49,746 nt of DNA from positions 1 to 49,746 of IMG/VR virus record IMGVR_UViG_3300020045_008243. The stretch is one strand, 5' to 3'. The DNA is from a virus. Taxonomy: Duplodnaviria; Caudoviricetes. Numbering within the stretch: position 1 is the first letter of the stretch; each line of letters starts with the position of its first letter. Both the position numbers and the translations under genes were made by a program. This document shows positions 26,313-35,490 of this stretch, in pieces. The notes under the pieces were generated by a model, which was not told where the DNA came from, searched no databases, and saw only the letters and a program-made list of their open reading frames with translations.

Positions 26313-28403
26313 AAACGATATCAGGGCGCCGGCACCATAAACAATATTCCGGCCACCGGCTCCATAGGTAATCGCCCGGCTCATCGTGCTCGTTGAGGCT
26401 TGCACTGCTGAAATCGTGATATCCGGGGAAGCGGTGACACCCTCGCCAGAAGTTAAAGCCGAAGCGGGGAAATCTGTTTGGAGTATCTCACCGGTTTCCG
26501 GATTATAATCAGCGTCGCCTTCCATGTTCCACCGTAAAACAGTATCGCTAACTCTGGTGAAATCTGCCTGATCCATCTTAGGTGCAAGGTGAGCAGCAAA
26601 CCCGTTTGTTTGTGCCCCGTTAGCGCAAGTGATCCCGGCAATTACGGCATTGATGATTGTGGCGTTTGAAACAACATCAGCAACCCATGTATCATTGGCC
26701 ACGGTGTAATCTACATAATACCCCGAGGCTCCATCCTGATTCAACTCGGCCTCGGAAATATTGCCACCGCCAAGGCCTGTTTGAACCGTGCCGCCGGTGC
26801 CAGCTGAGATTGTTTCACTCGCGCCTATGTCCGGGCCTGCTCCGGACCATGCCACCGTTGCAGACTGAGCAAGATAGAGATACCCGGTGGCCGTGTATGT
26901 GTGGCTATTGGTCATTGTGACGGTCGAGGTAGCATAATTCACGCTTACGATTGTGTCCACCCAATCGGCAGTACCGTCTTTGTCATTGTCAGCCGCCACG
27001 AACATGCCAGGCCCGAACCAGTAAGGATCGGTGACCACCATTGACGTGCCCGATCCGGAAGAAATCGTGGTCAAGTATGTTGCCACGTCAAGGCACTGCG
27101 AGCCCGAGAGCAGGCCCCAATATCCAGCGTCTTCAGTATCAGCCGATATTGAATCCCATCCGGTCGTTTTGAAAAGTGTCGGTAAAGCAATAACCGCATT
27201 TGTAGCCGCGTTTCCGCTCACAGAGGTTGAAAAATTATTTTTGTCCCAAGTGACATCCGTAGGGCTGCCATCCGGTGAAGAGTGAGACGCCCCCCCAAGG
27301 AGGTACGAAATATTATTTTTGACTGATGTATTCAACTGATGAGTCGGTACCCACCATTGAAAATTGTTCGTCACAGGATCAACAATGGTGTTATGGGAAA
27401 ACCGTATCCCATCATAATCGGCAGCATCCTTTTCATTTCCGACGACTACCGAGTTAGTGACGTTGGCAATCATATTCCCATACCAACGGGATTTTTTTAT
27501 AAAGCCATAGGCGAAATATGACTCGTCGTCTACCTTCAGGCCTTCGGCGGTTGAGGGCCAAGATGCTGACCGGTAGCCAATATTATACCGCCAGTCACAA
27601 TCGTCCGCCTGAGACTGGTAGTAAAGAGTCGTGATACAATCTCTAACCACATTATACTCAACCGTTACATTCCGGGCTTTTTTGTAAACCCCAATGCCCT
27701 CGGCACTTTTATTGATCCTGTTGTAAGAGCACAAAACATTGTAGGTAGTATCGGCAGCATCGACGCCAGTAATCTCGATTCCGGCTCCCGCTCCTGATCC
27801 GCTGTATCGACAATCAAGCCCTATATTCCCATCAGCCGCACTCCCGCCAATTACCACGTCATGGCAACGAGCAACGACAATCGCCCCGGACATATACGGT
27901 CTGTGGATGTAACAGTTTTTTAGTGTGATGTAATTGGCGTACTGGAAAAGAACTCCATTGTACCCGCCATCTAAAATGGCCAAATCGCGTACGTCCACAT
28001 AGGCATCTGTTTGAGATCCGAAAACAACGCTCACGAGTCCGAGATATGAGCCCGTCCCAGGTGCAACGTGATCGCCGTCAAGTATCGGTTTTGCTCCACC
28101 ATTTAGCCCGAACTGGCCATCACCATAATACGCTCCGACTGTTACGTGGTCGCCTGAAGTGCCCGCCCAATTAACGAGAAGATATTGACCGGCTGGAACA
28201 GTTTGAGCGGTCCCGACCTTTAAATAAACATCATCGCCCGCTGCAAATGCGTGCCCATTAACCGAAGCTATCGCATTCCAAGGGCTTGCGTATGAGCCTG
28301 TTCCATTTGACACGGCATCAAGATCGACGTAGTGAGGCACACCGGCGAAAACGAATACCGGCCAAAAAAGAATTAAAGCTATGATGAAAAGTATTTTTTT
28401 CAT
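26304..28403 (-). CDS. Secreted right-handed beta-helix (pectin-lyase-like) protein
   Basis: Signal peptide MKKILFIIALILFWPVFVFA; YVD....NGTGSYASPW..I start; repeated beta-helix turns; GPDIGA. Confidence 0.8.
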   Translation of the reverse strand: MKKILFIIALILFWPVFVFAGVPHYVDLDAVSNGTGSYASPWNAIASVNGHAFAAGDDVYLKVGTAQTVPAGQYLLVNWAGTSGDHVTVGAYYGDGQFGLNGGAKPILDGDHVAPGTGSYLGLVSVVFGSQTDAYVDVRDLAILDGGYNGVLFQYANYITLKNCYIHRPYMSGAIVVARCHDVVIGGSAADGNIGLDCRYSGSGAGAGIEITGVDAADTTYNVLCSYNRINKSAEGIGVYKKARNVTVEYNVVRDCITTLYYQSQADDCDWRYNIGYRSASWPSTAEGLKVDDESYFAYGFIKKSRWYGNMIANVTNSVVVGNEKDAADYDGIRFSHNTIVDPVTNNFQWWVPTHQLNTSVKNNISYLLGGASHSSPDGSPTDVTWDKNNFSTSVSGNAATNAVIALPTLFKTTGWDSISADTEDAGYWGLLSGSQCLDVATYLTTISSGSGTSMVVTDPYWFGPGMFVAADNDKDGTADWVDTIVSVNYATSTVTMTNSHTYTATGYLYLAQSATVAWSGAGPDIGASETISAGTGGTVQTGLGGGNISEAELNQDGASGYYVDYTVANDTWVADVVSNATIINAVIAGITCANGAQTNGFAAHLAPKMDQADFTRVSDTVLRWNMEGDADYNPETGEILQTDFPASALTSGEGVTASPDITISAVQASTSTMSRAITYGAGGRNIVYGAGALISFSQ

Positions 28404-29077
28404 TATTGCATTCCGTATATTTTAATTGCTAGATCGTCTTCAGCATCAATAAAAATCTGCCCGCCCGTACTATCATAATGATTTGCCACCCCAAGCAAAA
28501 CAGCGTCCTTATTATTCTCATCATCGAATCCAAACCGAGGCCTTCCACTTGTCGCTGCTTCGGGCTGATCCCCAGGGTCGCCGTCGATGTCATATATAAA
28601 TTTTATGTAGTATATACTTCCGCTTGTTCCGGTAATGGTCGTGAATGTCCATGGGCCGTTATAGGCATTGTCTGTTAAACCATTTGCCAAAATATAATTC
28701 GTGCTTGTCCCGAGATTTGTCCCGAGATCTCCGGCGTTGTCGGCGTAAACCCTCATGTAAACACGCTCACCAGCAGCGGGCGTTCCATCTGGGGTCATGT
28801 AATAGACATAAACTGAACAGATGTCGGTATCGTGCCCCAACTGAATTTTTCCCCCTGGTACTTCGTTAGAATAATCACCGATATAAAGATATCCGTCAGC
28901 CGTAAGCGCCGGGGCGTAATCGCTTTGGCAGGTAAGCGCCAGTCCTGCCACCCCGAAAACCTCATCCGGCGCCGTGACACCGAAAACATCTGCGGGATTT
29001 TCAACACCGAAAACATCACCAGCTTTGACCGTGGCTGGCACGACCAAAAGAAGTAAACATAAAAATAGTTGTATCAT
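28403..29077 (-). CDS. Secreted beta-rich protein with N-terminal (D/E)VFGV repeats
   Basis: Signal peptide ending VKA; GDVFGVENPADVFGVTAPDEVFGV. Confidence 0.75.
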   Translation of the reverse strand: MIQLFLCLLLLVVPATVKAGDVFGVENPADVFGVTAPDEVFGVAGLALTCQSDYAPALTADGYLYIGDYSNEVPGGKIQLGHDTDICSVYVYYMTPDGTPAAGERVYMRVYADNAGDLGTNLGTSTNYILANGLTDNAYNGPWTFTTITGTSGSIYYIKFIYDIDGDPGDQPEAATSGRPRFGFDDENNKDAVLLGVANHYDSTGGQIFIDAEDDLAIKIYGMQ

Positions 29078-30210
29078 GGTGCCGGTACTCCTACGGTATC
29101 TAATGTCGGACTGAAAAAGATCGTATCTGCCGATAATGCTATTCCTAAGGGTTGAACCCTATCCCCCTCTGTAGATGGCGCAGTTTGTGTAAGTCCGGTC
29201 GTCGTAGTCGGGTCATCCCCGAGATAAACTTTCCCGCCGATTGTCCAGTTCCAGGCCGTCTCACAGATTTGGCCCTGAATCAAACAAAGCTTGCTTGCTC
29301 CGGTTCCGGCTGTAACTGCAAGGCAAACCGCAGGAGCCGCCCCAGAGGTCGCCACGTCTGCGTCCGCTTCGATCAATTCCCCGTCAGTATCTATGTGGTA
29401 AGCTTGCCCGAACAGCGTGTTTGACTGCCCGGCGTCAACCGTCATGGTGATTGTGTTCCCAGAGTAGGTTCCGTCTACGGTGAGGGGCGATCCGAAATCT
29501 CTGTGGGCGATTACAAGATCATATTCACCGGACGTTTTTAAATGCCATGCAAGATTTGAATAGTAAACCTCGATGGTGTCGGACGGAAGGAGCTTTACAC
29601 TCTTATCGCGCGGAAGCTCCAAACTCGCGCTAAGATCTTCAAAAACATAGTAAACAGCCCCGGTATTAGTTATCACGATGCTTTTACCATCAGCCGCATT
29701 AGTTTCGCTGATCGTAAGGACATCGCCATCACTCCCACCTGAGATTTCAACGTAGTCCACCCAAACGCTTGCCGGATGTTCTATATCATCTGGATTGCTT
29801 GCAACCGTAAATTCTCTTTGGGGGTACTCGCTGTCCATCCGCGCACCGGCTGCTGTGACATTCGCGGCATCGGTAACGTCCGCGCCAGCCTCGATGCCGT
29901 CGAGTTTCGTCTTGTCGCCATCGACAAAGGCGCCCTCAGAAAGAATCGGCTGGAATACCGAATTGGCCTCAATGTAGGCAATAAAATCGGCAACCGTCTG
30001 CTTCACTGTTGTCTTGTCGCCAGAAGGGTCATCTTCAAATAACATCAGTGACGTTCCGGCAAGCGTTCCGGTAGGCATTTGATCGAGCTTATATTTGATG
30101 GTCGTTTCGGCCCGCGCTTCGATCGTGACCAAGATGAAGATGGCGCACAAGATCGCACCCAATAGCCATCCAATTATGGCGTATTTCATTAGGTAGATTC
30201 GTTTCATCAT
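29074..30210 (-). CDS. Signal-peptide-bearing fibre-like protein
   Basis: Signal ending ARA; fibre motif DKTKLDGIEAGADVTD; C-terminal capsid-fibre-like domain (WNWTIGGKVYL..GLTQTAP..RVQPLGIALSA). Confidence 0.75.
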   Translation of the reverse strand: MMKRIYLMKYAIIGWLLGAILCAIFILVTIEARAETTIKYKLDQMPTGTLAGTSLMLFEDDPSGDKTTVKQTVADFIAYIEANSVFQPILSEGAFVDGDKTKLDGIEAGADVTDAANVTAAGARMDSEYPQREFTVASNPDDIEHPASVWVDYVEISGGSDGDVLTISETNAADGKSIVITNTGAVYYVFEDLSASLELPRDKSVKLLPSDTIEVYYSNLAWHLKTSGEYDLVIAHRDFGSPLTVDGTYSGNTITMTVDAGQSNTLFGQAYHIDTDGELIEADADVATSGAAPAVCLAVTAGTGASKLCLIQGQICETAWNWTIGGKVYLGDDPTTTTGLTQTAPSTEGDRVQPLGIALSADTIFFSPTLDTVGVPAP

Positions 30211-30461
30211 GGCACCTTTCCGATAGCTGTATTAATGGTTTCAAGAAAAGCCTGGTTGTCGGACTTTACCCCCTCTATCAGCGCCGTCACGCTTCCATCG
30301 GCGTTCGGCCTAACAGTGGCCTTAGTCAGTTGAAGCCCTGAGATTCTGCGGGTGTATTCCATTTTGAAGGTTTTTGTCCCATCCGTAGCTTCGAGGCGAA
30401 GTGTGGAGCACCCGGACAAGAAAAGAATCATTACCGCTATGGCTATTCGTTTCATTTCCAA
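30207..30461 (-). CDS. Small lipoprotein (possible spanin or lysis accessory)
   Basis: Lipobox LSG-C; downstream of the lysis genes. Confidence 0.65.
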   Translation of the reverse strand: MEMKRIAIAVMILFLSGCSTLRLEATDGTKTFKMEYTRRISGLQLTKATVRPNADGSVTALIEGVKSDNQAFLETINTAIGKVP

Positions 30462-30712
30462 TCCTCCATTTCAACCGTTTTCCCGGCTAACTCGTGAGTG
30501 CAATCCGAAAGGTATTCGATCTTGCCTTGTTTAATAAAAAGATGGCATCTCGTTCCATCAGTTTCCCATGGCTGATGGTTCAGGAGACTCGGCGTAACAG
30601 TCGGAGAGTCATCCGGGCCGGTTATTTTCCACCGGCTATCGATGGCATGTAGAAACCCGCATCCAGGACAATGGAATATTCTAAGTCCGTTCGTGTCGGT
30701 TCCTATTTTCAT
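30452..30712 (-). CDS. DUF6527-like zinc-binding protein
   Basis: FHCPGCG.LH...PTVTPSLL...RCHLFI..G.IEYLSDCTH.LAG. Confidence 0.75.
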   Translation of the reverse strand: MKIGTDTNGLRIFHCPGCGFLHAIDSRWKITGPDDSPTVTPSLLNHQPWETDGTRCHLFIKQGKIEYLSDCTHELAGKTVEMEDWK

Positions 30713-31110
30713 ACTGGCACCTTTTCCATGATCACAACTGAATGCATTTCCCATCCGCACCCAGAAGTTTGGCACCATTCGCCATCAGTTGACCCAAGTG
30801 GATATTTATCAGTCCGATTGAATTTTTTGCAGTTCGGGCACCATCGGCCTTGTACTTCGACCGTTTCAACTGTTAAGCTTTCCTGAACAGGCGGATCTTC
30901 TGGCACATGGGATTGTTTCAGTTCGAGCTTTGGACAGACACATTCGTCAATAGGATTCTGGCACAACGGGCAGTCCGTGAACTCCGATTCGTCCATGTCG
31001 GTAAAGCCGCCAAACTCTTCGCTCGGCTCAGGCGTCAAGGCATTCGCCTTTATTAAACGATCTGCATTTACCAATTCATCAAGCGTGTTAAAGCCTATAA
31101 AATATTTCAT
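30709..31110 (-). CDS. Cys-rich hypothetical protein
   Basis: CPLC..C.C, CPNC, C...C. Confidence 0.6.
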   Translation of the reverse strand: MKYFIGFNTLDELVNADRLIKANALTPEPSEEFGGFTDMDESEFTDCPLCQNPIDECVCPKLELKQSHVPEDPPVQESLTVETVEVQGRWCPNCKKFNRTDKYPLGSTDGEWCQTSGCGWEMHSVVIMEKVPV

Positions 31111-31541
31111 TTCAGTTGCTCCTTAACATACCGTTTGTGGTAGCTTCCTTTACCGCCAAGGCATACACCCCAGTACATAGGGTTTCTTATCCAACATGAT
31201 TTGCCCCTGGAAAGCATGGCCTCTTTGAATACAGCGTTTGCCTGTGCCATAGTTACACAAGGCTTTGAATCTATTCGATATAAAAAGTCATGCAGCACCC
31301 CCTCTCTGTGTGCTTTTCCGCCCCAAAACCGATAGGCTATCGGCACCCTCGGGACACTGGCAAGATCGGTGTAGAAGAACGTAGGGACTTCGATAACACA
31401 ATCAAGAATTGCAGAGTAATACCCAAGGGGCGCAAGCGTCAACCATATCTCGTCGCTATAATCTGTAAGGCGGATATCGAAAGTCGTAAAGAACCCTGCG
31501 ACTCGTTTTTCTCCCTTAGTATCTGCGTTACCGGCAATCAT
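31107..31541 (-). CDS. DUF1353 family protein
   Basis: VPTFFYTDLASVPR...VLHDFLY...ANAVFKEAM...MYWGV. Confidence 0.85.
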   Translation of the reverse strand: MIAGNADTKGEKRVAGFFTTFDIRLTDYSDEIWLTLAPLGYYSAILDCVIEVPTFFYTDLASVPRVPIAYRFWGGKAHREGVLHDFLYRIDSKPCVTMAQANAVFKEAMLSRGKSCWIRNPMYWGVCLGGKGSYHKRYVKEQLK

Positions 31542-31735
31542 TTATCCGTACCCCTGGCCCGGTTAAGTGCCAAAGTGCAAACGGCAGTCAACGTCATCAC
31601 GCCCTCTTCTTTAAGCCCAAGGGAGATAAAGGAAATTCCTATTGCTGTAGCAACCGCAAGATAGAAAACCCTCTGCCCCTCGGCAGCGAGAAACCGCTTT
31701 ATCAGTGGTCTGAATATCTGCTTGTCTGTGTCCAC
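31538..31735 (-). CDS. Holin-like small membrane protein
   Basis: Two hydrophobic segments; lysis cassette. Confidence 0.5.
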   Translation of the reverse strand: MDTDKQIFRPLIKRFLAAEGQRVFYLAVATAIGISFISLGLKEEGVMTLTAVCTLALNRARGTDK

Positions 31736-31739
31736 TGCC

Positions 31740-32057
31740 TTACTCCTTAATTATGATGGCCCTAATCCCGAGCCCGACCGCTGTGATCAGGCCAGACGCA
31801 AGCGCCACGAACAGAAACACAGCTATAGCCCCGCCCACCTTCTCACCGCAGCGCCTTATTGAAATCATCATCGTGGCGGCCCTCGAAAATATTTCAATCC
31901 CCTTGTTCAGGTTTCCGTCCCCGAGATCCTTCACCCGCCCGAAGAAATGACCCATTTCCATTTGTGCTTCATGATTCAATCCGCATTCGCAATTTGTATG
32001 CAATTCAGATTTAATCGCCGCGACTATTTCTCTTATGTCTTCTGGTGATAGTGCCAT
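31740..32057 (-). CDS. Membrane protein, holin candidate
   Basis: C-terminal TM helix; start overlaps the endolysin stop. Confidence 0.55.
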   Translation of the reverse strand: MALSPEDIREIVAAIKSELHTNCECGLNHEAQMEMGHFFGRVKDLGDGNLNKGIEIFSRAATMMISIRRCGEKVGGAIAVFLFVALASGLITAVGLGIRAIIIKE

Positions 32058-32602
32058 CAGATACCCTCCAAAAGTCTGTCCAACATCAGGACCCGGTTTA
32101 CCCATCCGCCAAAGAATTGCTTATATTTTTTCTCGTTTTTATCCACCAGCGATTTATAAAAATGCTGTCGCTCAATCAGCATCACAGGCAAAACCTCATC
32201 TTCACCAGCCACAACCAGCGCCGACAGGGTGTGGCTCCCCATAACGCCATCCACCGCCAAACCGCCCACAATGCGATTTGCGGCCCTTTGGACAATACAT
32301 GCACACTCAGGCGCTCCAACATTCACGGCCGTATCCATACAGGCCATACGGAGCTTGTCAGATAGTTTTTCAAGGCCCATCGGGATGAAGATGTGGCCAG
32401 TGAAAAGCTGCCATGCCATTGACTGAGATACCAATAGGATATCATCGGCATCCACATCGCCATCGCCGTCCAGGTCACCGGCCAAGTCCGGAATCGATCG
32501 GAGCCAGCGGAGAGAGACGCCCCATCCTGTTGCGCCAGCGTGATCAATTGCGAACTTATCCTCGCGCTTCATTATGAACTTTCTGATCGGTTCTTCGTTC
32601 AT
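32057..32602 (-). CDS. Endolysin, glycoside hydrolase family 108 with peptidoglycan-binding C-terminus
   Basis: KRED...DHAGATGWGVS, DTAVNVG, VDGVMGSHTL, FFGGWVNRV. Confidence 0.85.
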   Translation of the reverse strand: MNEEPIRKFIMKREDKFAIDHAGATGWGVSLRWLRSIPDLAGDLDGDGDVDADDILLVSQSMAWQLFTGHIFIPMGLEKLSDKLRMACMDTAVNVGAPECACIVQRAANRIVGGLAVDGVMGSHTLSALVVAGEDEVLPVMLIERQHFYKSLVDKNEKKYKQFFGGWVNRVLMLDRLLEGI

Positions 32603-33691
32603 TTAAAACTCCATCTTCTGGATGAATGTTAGGGCATAATAACTCGGCGCATGCGTTGTCTCGTTGGTATCAACTGTGTGGTTGTGCGTGTTCGTGTAAG
32701 TATGATGGTAGCCAGAAGTCAAATATTTTGCGTTTGTAATAAGTTCCGCAGTGTGACCGTGAATATTTGCTGCATTATCAACAGAAAAATCGGTAAACAC
32801 TTTATTTGCCACGTTGTAAGAATTCCCGGCCTCCGTTTCATCGCCGAGCTTCAGGAAGTAATCAACCAAGTTTACAGTTCCGTTTTCTCCGTTTGCCAGT
32901 GCGAACGTCGGCGGCGGAGTGCTTCCCTGCCACATACCAATGATTCCGTTTGATCCGTAGAAGGCGCTTGATCCGGCCCAAGCTGCAAGGAATGTCGCCT
33001 TTAATGTTTCTTCATTTACCGTCGGCGTAAATCCGTGCTGATGGTGTATCCCTGATTCAGGAGAATACGTCCACCCGCTTAACGCTCCGGAATTGTCGTA
33101 ATAATCCCCCATGTTGTTTTCGTGGTCATGGCCGTCTATCAAGTTGTCATCTGAGCAGGCGGCGCTTGAATATGCGCCCCCACCAGCGTCCAAAGAGTTA
33201 GCCGCCTTGAAAAGCTTGTTTACTTCATGGACCCTTGAAAGACCGGATACCGGCATCACATTTCCGCCGGTTAGTACTATCGAATCAGCGGGGAAAACGC
33301 TCAGATTCCGAGTGGCAATGATCAATTTAAGTTGCTGAAAAGCTCTTTCGTAGTTGCACGTTAATTGATGGTAGTGGAGTCCAGCTGAGACAGACCCTCC
33401 ACCGCCTACGCTTTTTCTGCCATACGGGACAAGAGTCGCACCCCCTAAAGTAATAAAGTTTATACTATCTCCAGTGTGCGCCCCGTCCATGTTTGCCGCT
33501 TGGACTACCGCAGCGTATTGTGTCCCGCCGGTAGCCCCGACAGAATAAGTCCCGCCTGCCCCGATAATCTGCCTGCCATCGGCAAGGGTGAAGTCGTTCC
33601 AGTATTCGAAAGCTGAAAGGGAATTCGCCAGGGTTATAAACCCTTCCGGGATCATGGAGCGCCTTCTTCCTGCTGCTTTTAAATAGTCCAT
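32603..33691 (-). CDS. Tail fibre / receptor-binding protein with collar domains and HxH motifs
   Basis: GIIGMWQG.TPPPTFALANGENGTVNL collar motif; several HxH motifs; C-terminal PSYYALTFIQK. Confidence 0.75.
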   Translation of the reverse strand: MDYLKAAGRRRSMIPEGFITLANSLSAFEYWNDFTLADGRQIIGAGGTYSVGATGGTQYAAVVQAANMDGAHTGDSINFITLGGATLVPYGRKSVGGGGSVSAGLHYHQLTCNYERAFQQLKLIIATRNLSVFPADSIVLTGGNVMPVSGLSRVHEVNKLFKAANSLDAGGGAYSSAACSDDNLIDGHDHENNMGDYYDNSGALSGWTYSPESGIHHQHGFTPTVNEETLKATFLAAWAGSSAFYGSNGIIGMWQGSTPPPTFALANGENGTVNLVDYFLKLGDETEAGNSYNVANKVFTDFSVDNAANIHGHTAELITNAKYLTSGYHHTYTNTHNHTVDTNETTHAPSYYALTFIQKMEF

Positions 33692-34515
33692 TAAGCACCT
33701 GCCAGTTGCCGCCAGTATTCAACGATTACGCTGATAACTCCGACCTCCTGAGCGTAAGTATCGGATGCGTGGTCATGCTGCCGGTCAACATTCAGTCCGG
33801 CAAGCTCCCCGGCCGCAAGGTCCGTTATGGTGAGCGTGCCACTCCAATCGGTTAAAAACGTATCGTACTGCGCGTCTGTTCGCCCGGTGATGGTCGATAC
33901 CGCGGCTGCTCCGAAAGTCACGTCTATGCCATCACCATTCCCGGACGATGCACCCCGCAACCTGAATGCAAGCCCTTCGCCACTCGGCCCGGTTGCTGAG
34001 GTGACAAGGCACCTGACTCGGAATCTGACAACTCCTGCCGCATAAAGGTCTTGCTTCGTGAGCCATGGTATATTTCGATCTTGAGTTGCAGACCCTGAAA
34101 AGTTTGCAGCCCGCATTTTCCCGTTTCCATCCTCGTAAGGAAGCGGCTGTCCTGCAGTTGCCGTTACCCCCTCTTCCGTCCACTCGATGGGTATTTCATC
34201 ATAATCTTTAACCAACCGGATCTTGGCCGCGTCCACCTCGAAAAGAAGATTCTCGTTCCCGCCCGGGTTCTGAACGGTTTTTGTGATGTAGGCGCTTACC
34301 GTCGCCTTGTCGGTGAGATTGCCGACGGTCGTATCATTCGCAGTTGCTTTTACCCCGGACCCAGAAACGAGAGCGCCGACCGTTCCGACCAGAGTTTCAA
34401 CTGCGGTATCGATTAAAGCCGAGTTTGCCCGCCATGTTTCAAGCGCTGCCCGCGCATCTTCTTCGAAGTCGGCTGAAAGTGCTGCTGGAAACTGAGGCCA
34501 TGTATAGATTCCCAT
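33691..34515 (-). CDS. Tail tip / fibre-associated protein
   Basis: Beta-rich; position in tail module. Confidence 0.6.
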   Translation of the reverse strand: MGIYTWPQFPAALSADFEEDARAALETWRANSALIDTAVETLVGTVGALVSGSGVKATANDTTVGNLTDKATVSAYITKTVQNPGGNENLLFEVDAAKIRLVKDYDEIPIEWTEEGVTATAGQPLPYEDGNGKMRAANFSGSATQDRNIPWLTKQDLYAAGVVRFRVRCLVTSATGPSGEGLAFRLRGASSGNGDGIDVTFGAAAVSTITGRTDAQYDTFLTDWSGTLTITDLAAGELAGLNVDRQHDHASDTYAQEVGVISVIVEYWRQLAGA

Positions 34516-35490
34516 TTAAACCGCCTCTTCAATCTGGAAGGTGACTTCCGTGTTTATGCGATGGTTATGCCCACCCGACGGCGGGGAAGAAAAGAACCCG
34601 TAAACCGCCCATTCCCGATCATCGATATCGTCAATCAAAAGGATTGCAACCGGGTCCGGTCCGGCCTGGTCGTACACGTCCATGAAATAGTAAAACTCGG
34701 TAGCTCTGGTAACTTGCATTTTCCCGGAAAATGTTCTGACGATATTTCTTTTCCTGGTGTACCGAGCCCCGTTATTGAGCTGCTTGACAATGGAATAGTC
34801 TTTCCTGCCTTCAACGATACCGTATGCCGGTTGCGGAAGAGACAGTCCAGGGCCGGCCCTGAAAACCCCAGCCCTCAAAATAACCCCCGCAGGAGCTGCC
34901 ATTTCAATTGTGGCCGTACATGCCGTTGATTGATAGGGATAGTCCATCCAGAATTGACGGTAGACCTCCGGGTCATCCGTAATGAGCTTTGCGTATGTGT
35001 CGATCACCCGGAGATCGAACGCTTCGGTGTCTTGAACCGCGGCAACAGTTTCGGTACCGGCAAAGGTTTCAGCCGCATAGGTGGCAGTGATTATAATCGA
35101 GTTGGCCGTGGTATCGGCGTGAACCGTTTCAACTCCGTCATAATTCGTTGTTCCGTTTATCAGGACAGACGCCCCGGGGGAGTACCCGTGCCCGGTGCAT
35201 GGAATGCCAACCAGCCCGCCGCCCTCATTTGTTGCCGCCGCCGCGTCAAGCACCTGTTCGTCGGCATCAGCGGTAATGGTGCAGGTCACGTCATCGGCAT
35301 TCGTTGAAAAGCATGCAAGGGCACTGCTTCCGGCGCCGATCTTTAGCCGATTAGTCGCCGCATTCGTCGCAACCGGCCTCCACCAGTTCCTCGGGTGCGA
35401 ACCAAACAGGTTCGCCAGCGGGAAATTAGGATCTTCAGATGTCGTGGTTGACCCTGTAACGGTTTGTCTTTCCGGGTTGATTATTTTCAT
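34516..35490 (-). CDS. Distal-tail-like protein with an inserted small beta domain
   Basis: GRKDYSIVKQLNNG..Y..KRNIVRTF...VTFQIEEAV; insert GHGYSPGASVLINGTTNYDG. Confidence 0.6.
   Translation of the reverse strand: MKIINPERQTVTGSTTTSEDPNFPLANLFGSHPRNWWRPVATNAATNRLKIGAGSSALACFSTNADDVTCTITADADEQVLDAAAATNEGGGLVGIPCTGHGYSPGASVLINGTTNYDGVETVHADTTANSIIITATYAAETFAGTETVAAVQDTEAFDLRVIDTYAKLITDDPEVYRQFWMDYPYQSTACTATIEMAAPAGVILRAGVFRAGPGLSLPQPAYGIVEGRKDYSIVKQLNNGARYTRKRNIVRTFSGKMQVTRATEFYYFMDVYDQAGPDPVAILLIDDIDDREWAVYGFFSSPPSGGHNHRINTEVTFQIEEAV

Noticed and set aside
32440-32490. Dockerin/EF-hand-like DLDGDGDVDADD loop in the endolysin as a separate system
   Set aside because: A single short acidic loop of a kind seen in GH108 endolysins; not enough for a separate claim
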